64,000 bases of DNA, taken from Camelus ferus (taxonomy: Eukaryota). A program made the position numbers and the translations under genes. Below the pieces are notes generated by a model, which worked only from the letters and a program-made list of their open reading frames with translations, made no database searches and was not told the origin of the DNA. The first letter of the stretch is position 1, and each line of letters starts with the position of its first letter. Below are positions 25,840 through 37,089 of the stretch, one piece after another. The DNA lies in NCBI RefSeq assembly GCF_009834535.1, contig NC_045696.1, forward strand, positions 121,770,001 through 121,834,000, in the 5' to 3' direction.

Positions 25840-27065
25840 CAGAGGCCACTGGGCGGAGGTAGCTCTGAAGCTCTGGCAGCCCAAGTAAGCAAACCAAAAT
25901 CTAAGCCTGTGGATGCCTCAAGGTTAGGAAATCGAAACACTAAGGACAACCAATCACAGACCCACAACTAGGCTTTAAGCTACAGCCAATCAATCATGCC
26001 CTTACTTTGCTTCCACACGGTTGACCCTTGAATAACACGAGTTTGAACTGCGAGGGTCCCTTTGTTATGTGGATCTTTTTCAATAGTAAATACTACAGTA
26101 CTACACAATTCCTGGTTGGCTAAATCCCTGGATAAGGAAGACTCAGTACAGAAGACCCACATACACAGAGTTAAGCTTTTGACTGCCCGGAGGGCTGGTG
26201 CCCCTACCCCAACACTGCTCCCCAGGCTCCCGCTGGAGAAGTGCCCCTGACCACATCTGGCTTGGCGCGGCCTGATTCAAATCGGTTTGTGCTCACAAAT
26301 CTCTTAAAATCTGTAACATGTCCCAAGTTTATCTTTTAACAGTTCTGCTGTCAGAAGAGGAAATCAAAGGAGGCCCTTAAAGGCCCCCAGGAGATCTCCG
26401 CATTAATCAGGCCAGCGATACCTCCTGCTACACCTGCATCAACACCTCTGCTATTGTAGCAAATAAAAACAAATCAGCAAGTAAGCCACTCGGCTAAATC
26501 AGGTTGATGCCCCATCAGGTATATTCTTTGATTTATTTGATACCAACCGGTTTGGTTCATGGGGGTGGGGCCCTGGCTAAGGACTATTCTTCAGTCTCAG
26601 GGTAATTATCCTCCTAACAGTCATCATTATAGTCTCCCTGGTGGTCTGTAGCCTCTCAAAGGTCTTAAACGCATATTCATGGCCACCAGCAGCACAGCAA
26701 GTGGTCTCTCTGCTCTTGGAGAAACAAACAACTGAACGAGATGAACAGCAAAAACAGTTCTTCCACGGACCTGACATCACAGCCTGTGAGTTTCACAATG
26801 AGACAAGAGAAACTTAACTCCGATGGTGACTGAAGGTGGCACTTACACACAATTTGATGTCACTCTCTCATGAATGAGAGGGGGACCAAAAGCAGAATAT
26901 TATGAAGTTAGTTAAACAAGGAGACCATTTAGCTAAGGTGGCTCTAACACCTTTCCAACCTACCTATGCACACCAAAACCCAGACCTGTAAATGCCTCAA
27001 GGTTACGAAATCAAAATCTGAGGACAACCAATCACGGCCAACTGGACCTTAAGCTATAGCAACTA
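25840..27065 (+). mobile_element. Internally deleted ERV1-class provirus (LTR, PBS, env tail, partial LTR); Tigger2 fragment at ~26017-26220 inside the 5' LTR
   Basis: Two related LTR segments (atgcctcaaggtt...aggacaaccaatcac at ~25912 and ~26992), PBS-like tgtcagaag after ...ttttaaCA (26341), and an env TM-like remnant (WGPWLRTILQ.../IILLTVIIIVSLV). Confidence 0.7.
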
Positions 27066-27839
27066 GATTCCTGACCCTGAGAAACTATGTGAGACCATAT
27101 ATGTTTATTAAATTACTAAGCTGGAGAATCATTTACTACACAGCAATAGACGGCTAGTAACAGGGGCTTCTCCCTGAGTGCCCTCTTAGCCCCAGGAGTG
27201 GGGCTGCTCCTCACATCAGCCACTCTTGTATTCTTTCGAGTTCTCTTTACTTCTTACAGGCAATATCTCATTCATCCAATCATTATGGTTAGTAATAATT
27301 CTTTATATTAAATTTTCCCTGTCAAATCCCTGTGTGGTTTTCCGTCTCCTGATGATAAAGCAAAGGGAGCTGATGCTGCTGATCAGAGAAGCACACTTGG
27401 AGAAATGGTGGTGTAGACTAACCAGGATCAGATCCTGAAGTCCACGGCCAGGACAAAAACAAGTAAAAAGAAGGGAAGAAATGGCCAACAGTGTCTACTT
27501 TAGATACCTTTCATAAGTTAAAAAAAAAAACAAACCCTGCTATTACACTGGCTCAGTGCTTTCCATAATATTTGAACTGATGTCAAAATGTTACACAAGC
27601 CTACTTATGGAAACATAATTCAGTGAAGTAGACTCGAGCTGGCTTTAGAAGTTGAGGTGAATTTCATTGATTGATTACACCACACGTATACATAGCTAAC
27701 CTAAATGAGACCAATAAATGACTTGAAGAAAACTTACTAATAAAGTTATCAGGCTGGTAGATTTTATGTAGCCTTTTCTCACTAACAGCACACATCATCA
27801 TGATAAAATTATTCAATGCCTACTTTACAAATACTCTCT

Positions 27840-28246
27840 GAATTAGTTTCCTAGGGGTGCTAAACAAACTGGGTGACTTAAAAATAAAAGAAATTTTAAG
27901 TCTCACAGTTCTAGAGCCCATAAGTCCAAAATCAAGGCGTTGGCAGGGCCATGCTCCCTGAGACTCTGGCCAGAATTCTTCTTTGCCTCTTCTACCTTCT
28001 GGTGTTTGCTGGCAATCTTTGGCGTTCCTTGGCTTACAGATGCACTACTCCAATCTCTGCCTCCATCCTTTCATTGCCTTCTCCCTCCTCCCTGTGTTAT
28101 ATGGGATTAACAGCCTACCCTACTCCAGTATGAACTTATCTCAACTAATTACACTCAGCATAACTTTATTCCCAAATAAGCTCCCATTCTGAAGTTCAGG
28201 TGGTTAGAATGTCATCCTTTTGGGAGACACAATTCAACCCATTAAC
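27840..28246 (-). mobile_element. MaLR (MLT1-type) LTR
   Basis: tctcacagttctagag...aagtccaaaatcaagg...gacacaattcaacccattaaca. Confidence 0.8.
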
Positions 28247-29947
28247 ACCCTCATTTTCATGAAACTTCATGTCTATCAAAACAAATGCATAGTTTGGTAA
28301 CATCTATCTTTATTACATTCTTAATATTTTCTAACAATTAAAAACGTAATATTCTGCCAATCGTTATCTACACAGAAGACAGTGGAACTTAATTCATATT
28401 CATTTTATCTTAACGATTTTCCTAAACCTAAGAAGCATTCCTTCCATCTTTTAAAATCAGAAGTCCCTCTCTCCCTTTAACGTGCTCTCATTTTCAAGTT
28501 CAAGAACATGGAAGAAAAGGAAAAAAAAAAAAAAGAACATTTCCTTTCTGATATAATCACAACCACTGGCAAGGATCCCCACTTGACTCATTTTAATTGT
28601 TTAACTGCATGGAGATATCACAACCCCATTACTTATTTGTGCTTTAATTTTCTTTTACATAAGCCGGTTTGGTAGACAGTTGAGACCAAAACCACCCAGA
28701 TATAAAGGGTAGAAAGAAAAACATGTAAATTCAGAACAAGTATTTATCTTCTGTGAGGCATAAAATGAAACTCAACTATTCCTACCACTTTACTGTTCTC
28801 ATGGAGACTGAAATAGTGGTCAGGAGTGCCTTTCACTCATTTTTAACTAAGCATTGCAGTAGCCTCCTTACTCACAGGATAGTATTGAGATAGCAACTGA
28901 TAGTATGAATGACGAATTTAAAAATACTGACTATAAAGGATTTAAACACAAAGCCACAAATATAACAGAAATGTATGTGAAAACAGAAGAAAATCAGAAA
29001 AAACAGTATTGACGATATTGAATTCTAAATCGTAAGCGCTGACTTTCCAAGAGGAAGGAAAAAAAGATGCATTTATTGGGGGCCTACTAGGTACTACATA
29101 ATGCAGTTTGTCAAGCCGTTTATACACTTTACCTAATCCAATCACCAACATCCCTGTGAGTTCGGGACTGTTTTCCACTTCTTAATCACATACAACAGAA
29201 CAGAAGTTTAAAGAAGTCTTTTGCCTAAGATTCCATATTCAGAACAGCTCTTTCAAAATTACCTTCTAAAACGGGCGAACTTACACGTTTCCAAAGACAA
29301 AATACGTCGGAAGCCGGGGAGGTAAAGTGAGGGTTGGAACAGAGATCGGTGGGAAGACAGAAACCTCACCAGTAAACGTATGGTTTTACCAAACACTAAG
29401 ACAGTTGTGCATCAGCACATACCCACGTGTTCTTTCACGCCCGCTTTCTCTCCCAACTTAATGGTTATTCAGACTACTCATGTCCAACCCCGGGGCGCAG
29501 GGATCAGACCCGTCAGGGTGACACGACTCTGTATGAACAATGTGTCTTCTTTGCTGTTCCTGTGCCGTGAACACAGGAACGGGGGCGGGAACCAGGGGCC
29601 AGGCCCCAGGACAACGACCAGCAGGTGGTCAGCGGGTCCGCCCTGCGGCTCTGGAGGCGGGCCGCGACGGTAAACAAGCCGCGTGTCACCGACCCCTGAG
29701 CCGGGTCCACACTTCCGAATGCCCAGGCACGAGGGGCCAGGAGGCGCCCACCGGGAGGAAAGTGGCGACAAGACAAAGGTCCACAGCCTTCCAGGGCCCC
29801 GTCGCCCGGGAAGTACCAGTTCTGCGCCGGGTTCCCGGAGACCCCACCGCACTACCCAGGCGCAGCGCGCGGCGCGCATGGGTGACGTGTAAACGCGAGC
29901 GAGTGACGTCAGCGCGGCGACGGGGGCCGGCGAGTGGCCGCTACCCG

Positions 29948-30045
29948 CGCCGGCGCCCCTCACCCCCGCCACCGCCCCGCCCGGCCCGCCCGCCAGCCGG
30001 CGCCCCTCACCCCCGCCACCGCCCCGCCCGGCCCGCCCGCCCGCC
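29948..30045. repeat. GC-rich 47-bp tandem duplication just inside intron 1
   Basis: cggcgcccctcacccccgccaccgccccgcccggcccgcccgcc occurs twice (29951, 29998). Copy A has an extra 19-nt partial unit. Confidence 0.85.
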
Positions 30046-30066
30046 GGCTGCTGGCCGCCGACTCAC

Positions 30067-30249
30067 CTTCCCGGCGCTGTGGAAAGGGAGGGCCAGCTCG
30101 TCGCGGGAGAGCGCGGGGCGAGCACATGGTTGCTGCTCGCCGGCCGGCGGCGGCCTCGTAGTCCGAGAAAGGGTTGGGAACGCCCACTCCACAATATCCG
30201 CGTCCCCGCCCACTTGCAACTTGAACCTCCAGGACTTGGTTTCGCTCCC
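30067..30249 (-). pseudogene. LANCL2: LANCL2-like exon 1 coding remnant, copy B (followed by ~27.5-kb intron 1 to exon 2)
   Basis: Same sequence as copy A. Phase-0 donor AAG|gtgagt matches the phase-0 acceptor of exon 2. Initiator ATG replaced by GGG; internal compensating frameshifts. Confidence 0.88.
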
Positions 30250-30470
30250 GCGGGTCGCGCGCGGCCTACGGCGAGCGAGCGGGGACAAGCTTCCCTCGGG
30301 ACTCTCGGGCCGGGCCTCGGGCGGGCGTCGCTGCGGGGCGGGCACATGTGGCTACGGCTGGCGCCCCGGCCTGGCCCGGCTCGGCTCTGGCCCGGCCCTC
30401 CGGGGAGGGAGGCTGCGGCGGAATCGGCGTTCCGGGTCGCCGCGGTGGCGGGGACCCCTCCGCCGAGGAT

Positions 30471-32950
30471 GCTCCGGCTGGCCGGAGGCGCCGCGAGGAC
30501 AGTCTGCGGGGAGGTCGCGATCCCTCCCAATCCTTCCGCGGGGCGGGGTAGGGGGGTGGGGAGTGTCTGGTGGAGAAGCCACCGCCTTTTTGCCTTTTTT
30601 CCTTTTTGTTTTCAATCCCTTTAGTTTGAATAAACGGATATCTTTGGTAATAGCGGGTAATGTTAAAGCATACTTAATCACCTAAATATTTCATTGATCC
30701 CAAAGTTCCTCCAATATTAGTTTAATTGTGCAGGAGCATAACATATATAATAAAAGGACAGAAGCCAATAAATCTGTGTTTATATAATCACAACATGGTT
30801 AGCAGTCTTTATTGGTTCTTTTTGTTCTTGTCATTCCTTAAGTCACTTGGAAACAAATAGGTCATGATTTCTCCTCCTTGAGGGAAACATCTTATTCCAG
30901 GTTTTTTTCTGTTTAAACATTGATTCCGTTTAAATGTCAAATGCCATATGGTAACTAAGTGATGACAAATGATAGTTTCTGTCCTGAGGATTCCAAGATC
31001 ATGGATGAGAAAGCTAATCATAGTACAGCATGATATGGATACTTTCCTGGAACCAAGCAAGGTGTATATGAATGTGACAAAAAGTGACCTGATGGAGAAC
31101 AGTACGAAGCACAGGAAAGGCTCCATCCTCCTGTCCTGTTGTCTCCCCGAGCTGTACCTGGTTGGACGTATCAACTAGCCCCTACCTACAGGAGGACCAT
31201 GGGAAATTCCGCTGTAGGAGAAAATCATTATAAGGTGGTGACTCAGCACAAGTATCCTCAGAGCTCAAGGAAACAGAACCGATATCACACGATGTGTTGA
31301 GCGCCTGCTCCACTTTCCTGCTTCATTTCTTTGTCCTGGGGTCAATCTTTCTCCCACCCTTAGTGAAGGACATTTCCTAACTGCTCCCTTCTGATGCCCT
31401 TACCATGTGAAAAACTCAGTCCCCTAACCACCGATGCTCACCTGTCTTACGTTACTGAGCCCAAGCTTGTATGCCTGGCCGTGTAACAGCCCATAAATCC
31501 AGGGTCAAATTGTTGGGGTAACGATTTGTGCCTTTATTCAGAAAGCCAGCTCACTGAGAAGATGGTGGACTAGTGTCTGAAAGAACCATTCATTCTACAG
31601 AGTTAGAATCCAGGCTGCTTTTATGCCAAATAAGGAATTGGGGGGGGGCGGTGTTTGTTGCAAACTTCTTGGAGTTGGAATCCTTTTTTCTTAAAGCTGT
31701 CCACCTCACTCAGGTCATAATGTTCCTGTAAACCTCCAACAAGACAAATGTTATTCTCTGTTCTGCAACTTGGTATCTCTATGAATGACCTTTAACGATC
31801 AGAGCCTTGAGAATGGGCTAGCCTGTATGTTTCAGGCTATAGGCAGCAGCCTTGTAGCAAAAGCAATGGAATACAAAGGTAAAAGTTAAAAAAGAAAAAG
31901 AAAAAAAAACAACAGATTCAACAGGGATTCAGAATTGTTCTTTCCTATTACACTTAGAAGCCATCCCTCTCCCATCTTTGGGACTTTACCAGACCAAATA
32001 ACCCACAGCAGGTGTTTCCCAAAGCCTGAGTTGTTGAGACCGTAACACACATGTAGGTGCGGCAGAAAACCCCACTGCTGGCTTTGCTATGTAAAGATTG
32101 GTGACCTTTGATCTCTCTCTACCCCTTGTTGACTGAAAAAAAAAAATGCACACCCTAATAGGAGAATTATGTTTTATTGTCAGCCTTCCTGAAGACTACA
32201 GCCTGGGATGGCAGCCTCTCAGATTGCTCTGAGGAACTGTTTCAAAGAGGTAAGAGAGGAGCCAGGAGAATCAGGTGTTTTTGCTGGAAAAAAAAGAAGA
32301 AAACTGTAGTTGAGTATCAAAACATTATGCTAATAAAACACAAAGTCCTCCAGACATCCAAGTTGATCATTTTTGTGGACTTTCTGTGTGGTGAAGATGC
32401 TCCTCTGACATTATCCTTTGATCTGCATCTTAACTACCTAAGGCCAGTGTCCTGTTTTTCTCCATGAATTCCCCTCAGGGTGCATCGCTGGGGTCAGCTC
32501 CAGTGCAGTGCCTGAGGTCTTGATGGTGGGCAAGGATGGCTGTTTACTGAATGGCAGGCAGCATTGGATCCACAAGCTGGTGTGAGGTTAAGGTAGGTTT
32601 TCTCGTTCTTCTTTCAAATCTGGTGGACAGCCATGGACAACTGTGGCAAGTACACAAACCTGTCTGAAAGACAACCAATATTTTCAAATTTCTTATGCAT
32701 ATTATTTTGGTTTTGAAAATAGTTATCGTTCATAAAAGCATGTTTATCTGTAGCATATCATTTATGTTAATATGTTGATAATAAGTATTTAAATTTTTTC
32801 CATTTTGATTTCTAATTTGGTACATATTGATAAATATGGCCCATAAAAATTTTCTTGGGTCCTCAGTGATTATTAAGAGTGTAAAGGGGGTTCTGAGGCC
32901 CCAAATTTGAGAAGTGCCGCCTTCAGCAAGCTGTTCCATCAGCCATATTC
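30471..32950 (+). repeat. Inverted repeat arm 1 (2480 bp)
   Basis: Reverse complement of 52784-55263. I count fewer than about 15 differences. Confidence 0.97.
31150..32575. mobile_element. Cluster of nested ERV LTRs (inner solo LTR 31450-31952; another at ~32125-32575); mirrored in arm 2
   Basis: (t)GTTACT...TATTACA termini with 4-bp TSD ctta (31446-31449, 31953-31956); minus-strand AATAAA. Confidence 0.7.
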
Positions 32951-33959
32951 ATATTAGGGGCTCCGCGGCCTACACTTGCACCGGACGTGGACTGGGGCTG
33001 CGGGTGGGCAAGCAAGAGGACTGACCCCAAGCCCGCACGGCTGGCCAGGTAGGGCACCTGAACTGCCCATCCTCCAGGCCCGCTGCAAGCCTTGAGTTCG
33101 CGCTGCTGGGCAGTTTCCGAGAACACATGATCTCTCCCAAGAGGGGAGGTAGGTCAGGAGGCGGTCAGGGCGGGGGTGCTATATACCGGGCTGGGTGCAG
33201 TCTCACTGGAGAACCACGGTGAGAGGGTGCAGAGTGGCCTCTGTGTTGGTGGGGCTAGGAATTTGGGTTGAGGGGTGGGGTGGGGATGGTGTGTGCCATG
33301 TTCTGTGGTCTCCTCGAGAACCCTCACCCCAGAGTAAGGGGTCCTGCTCCTCCGCCCTTCACTGTACCCCCTTCCTCCCCTAGTACCACCGGCCCTGCCC
33401 CCGGAGTGCCCCATGACCTCTCCCACACCAGGCACTGACTCTGTTACAGGTACTGAGCTTCCGGTCGCTCGAGCCCGAGAGTGGGGGGCTGTATCTGACC
33501 GCTAAGGACGCCTGGAGCCTTTGTAGTTCCTGGTATGAAACCTCAGACCATAATGTAGGGGTGCACAGAGACCCTTCAAACAGGATTCCCTGCACAGCCC
33601 TCCCCACCATGCACCCACAGCACCGCTGCCACACCAGGGCAAGCCTGGCGGAGGACCGCTGGTCCCTCTCCTCCAGTCCCTGCCCAGGAATGCACCGCCC
33701 ACACTGCTGGGCATTTAGGGGGCTTTAGAAAAGCAGCTGGTATTTTCCTGGGCAAATATTTGCTCTTTTGGGAAGATCTGAGAGTGCAAAGGCATGTAGG
33801 GTATGCTTTTTGTGTTTCCCTGGAACCGGTTGGGATGCAAACTGAAGCCAAAGCAGTTTTAGAGAGAGCCACAAAACATGCCACAACCAAAGATCACTGT
33901 TCCCCAAGAAAGGCAACTCCACCTGGGGGGTTGGGGGAGGGCCTCACTGGAGGTGAGGT

Positions 33960-34330
33960 GTTCCCATCTGCAGCAACATGAATGGACCTAGAGATGATCA
34001 TATTGAGTGAAGTAAGTCAGACAGAGAAAGACAAATATCATGTATCATTTATATGTTGAATCTAACAAATAATACAAATGAACTTACTTGCAAAACAGAA
34101 ACAGACTCAGAGACATAGAAAACAAACTTAGGGTTACCAAAGGAGAGTGGGAGTTGGGGGAGAGATAAATTAGGAGTTTCGGATAAACAGATACACACCA
34201 CTATATATAAAATAGATAAGCACCAAGGATTTACTGTGTAACACAGGGAACAATATTCAGTATCTTGTAATAACCTATAATGGAAAACAATCTGAAAAAC
34301 ATATATATATAATTGAATTGATTGAAATCT
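33960..34330 (+). mobile_element. L1 3'-end fragment
   Basis: gcagcaacatgaatggacctagag...agtgaagtaagtcagacagagaaagacaaata followed by 3'UTR. Confidence 0.85.
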
Positions 34331-34574
34331 GGGGTCCCTCTGATGCTCCTGAGTCCTAAGTATCTCTGTTCCCATCTCGCTCCCCTTCCCCAACCCTCTC
34401 TCCTCTCCTTCCCCTGTACCCTCTCCCCACCCCATCTCTCCCTCTCTGTCCCCACACTGCCTCCAACAAATGCTGATTTTCTAGTCACCTCCTTGTCAGC
34501 TGGGATTCCATGGTCGGAAGAACTTTCTCTTTCCCCCTTTATTAATTAAATGTGTTTATGTCACTAGAGACTCA

Positions 34575-35735
34575 CAGAGCCTCATGTTTCCTAAATCCCA
34601 CATAAGGAAAGGGAGAGGTCCCTGAGGCCCAGCGCAGAATCCAACTAGACCCATCCTGCAGGTGGTGCAGATGGAGAACCTGGGATGAAGGCTGTGTCCT
34701 GCGCGGGGGCAGGAGGGAGTGGGGACCGAAGCTGGGGCTCCAGGGGCTGCAACAGGGCCGCTGTCCACACCCCCACCCGCGGCCTGATAGGAGGAGGCGA
34801 GTGGTGTCCTCTGAGCTGGGGAGGGGTCTCTCATGGGTCTGCTTGGGGTCCTGGGTGCTGGCCTACGGGATCATTACAGAGATGGAGGAGGAGGACGGAG
34901 GGGCTGTGCTGGGCGGCTGTGGGGTCAGGGAAGAGGACTGAGAAGACTCAGAACCTTCTAGTGACCGTGGTGCCCTTGGGCACTGAGTACACTGGGTGAT
35001 GACTCTGCAGGAGAGCCCTGGGGGTCTCTGGGAATAGAAGAGTGACCCCTGGAAAGACGCTTCTCTGAGGAGCTGAGTGTGGAATCAGATGTGTATCTGG
35101 ACTCTACTTGGTTCCCCCACCCGAATCCTGGGGGTCTCACCTCCCAGCTGCTCCCCCAGCAGGGACTCCCTGGGCAGGGGGGAGGGACTGGGGTGCAGGG
35201 TGAGGATTCCCACGTGTGACACTCTTGCCCCCTGAGCAGAGCCACTGGGAGGTTCCCCATGGGGACACGAGATGAAATAGGTTTCCTCCAGCAAGTGCAC
35301 ATCCGTGGAAGGAACAGACTCGGGGATGCAGGAGCTCATGAATGTGGCCTTGGCACTCCCTGCAGGGCCCCGCCCAGTTCTCCATCTATCCCTGCAGCAG
35401 ACTGGGGTGGGCAGGAGGTCAGGGAGGGCTCCCTGGAGGAGGTGGCCCTGAGGAGGTGTAGGAGTTCCCACCAGTGCTCTTCACCCACTAAAGGGCACAG
35501 GAGTTTCCTGGAGAAGTTGCTACAAAGTTCTCAGCTGGTCTGACCCTCACTGGTCCAGGTGGAGATGCCCAAGCCAGGAAAAGGCTGATTACCAGGATCC
35601 TTAGATGATCATGGGGTGGGCGTGGGGGAGGTCAAAGGGGCAGGGACAGGGCTATCTGGGGCTCAGCCTGCGCACAGCCTGGACGTGTGAAGAGCCTGGC
35701 GGGGCAGATGGAGGACTTGTGAGGCCCGCTGTGCC
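34575..35735 (+). repeat. Direct duplication unit 1 (paralog of 47788-48971)
   Basis: Colinear from gtttcctaaatcc to gaggcccgctgtgcc; central offset 13214. Confidence 0.95.
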
Positions 35736-37089
35736 GGGTCTCGTCCCAGAAGCTCCCTCACCCAGACCAGTCTTGCCCTGAGGACACGGCCAGTTTCCAA
35801 GGAGCAGGATGGACCCGGAAGTCGGTAGTTTGGCTCTGATGCGAGTAGCTGTGTTTTTCCTCATGTTTACTCAATCTTGCCTGGGCTTGCTGGCACACAG
35901 AGATGGGCTGGCCGAGGACTCAGCGCTGCTGCAGGGCCTCCTCCTTCATCAGACCAGCCCGTGCACAGGCTGATGGTGGCTGCAAAGGCACCAGATGAAC
36001 ACACCCAGCTGCACACATGCCCCTCAGGCCTCTTGCACCGCACTCACCCACACCTCATTAGCCCGAGAGTAACCTGTCCGGGCGAGCGTCTGGACACAAG
36101 GGACCCCAAGTCACACGGCAAAGGCGAGGTCCCGGGGTGGTGAGTGTGGTCTGTCACCTCCATCCACTCCCCTCATCCTCAAAGCAGCCCTGGGACAGGT
36201 GTTCTTACACACTCTGGTTCCACAGAGAAGGTAGGTGGCTGCCCACAGCACACACCAGTCTGGAGCAGGGCGAGGACCCGAGAGCCCAGCCCCCGCTCCA
36301 CCACCCTCTCTGAGGGTCACCTGCAAACTGGCCAGTTGAGAAGGGCCACTCCTGCTTCATCCAAGTCCAGGGGTGACACCCCTACTCCTTCAACTTCCAC
36401 TATTCCTTTTCAAACGCAGACCCTGGCAGTAACGTGCAGGACCCCTGGGTGGTCCCCCCAAAGGACCGGTCCCCTCGGCCGGCCACGTGGGGAGTGAGTG
36501 AGTGGCCGGAGCCCCCGGGAGCTGAAGGCTGAGAGGCTGGGGGATGGATGCCTTGGCCTCTGTTACTGCTCCAGAGCCTGGCCTGTGAGAGAGGGCGTCT
36601 GTCAGCCTGGTCACCCTGTCCACCATCCCTGATGCCTCCAGGCCCCTGCCCCTCAGGAGGAGCTCAGCTCCTCAGCCACCAATTCCAATCAGCCTTCCCT
36701 GGGAAAGGGGGCAGGGCCGGGCAGGGAATCTGGGGAGATGTGAGGAACCCAGGAGGGCGCCATGTCCTCACAACAGGAACCCCAACCCCCAGGCCAGGAT
36801 GAGGCCCAGAGAACACACATGGGGCCACCGTGAGGGCGGGGCCACTGTGAGGGCAGGGCCCCTCCTTGGAGCTTAGGGGGCTCCGGGTGGGGAATAGCAG
36901 ATCAGGGGCTTCGGGACAGGGCCCCCCAGGCCAGAGAGAGAGCTCCCACTCAGAAGTATGGAAACCCGCCCAGGTTCTGAAGGGCTCATGGTGGAGACAC
37001 GGGAGGTCCTGGCTGTGTGACTTCCCTGGAAAGTCCTGCCTCTGGACCGATTGGGGGGCTGGGGGGAGGGGTCATTTTTCTCCTTCCAT

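Larger units (their letters stand above)
29480..30560. promoter_or_regulatory. CpG island promoter of LANCL2-like copy B; CRE TGACGTCA at 29904-29911
   Basis: CpG-dense region spanning exon 1 and its 5' flank. Confidence 0.88.

Noticed and set aside
29540..30685. Long ORFs (381 aa here; 329 aa at 714-1703) across the CpG islands
   Set aside because: Stop-poor GC-rich sequence with low-complexity Pro/Arg/Ala content. The frames differ between the two copies and some run through N gaps.
35809..35973. Short signal-peptide-like ORF (MDPEVGSLALMRVAVFFLMFTQSCLG...)
   Set aside because: Only 54 aa, with no recognisable family, splice support or poly(A) support.
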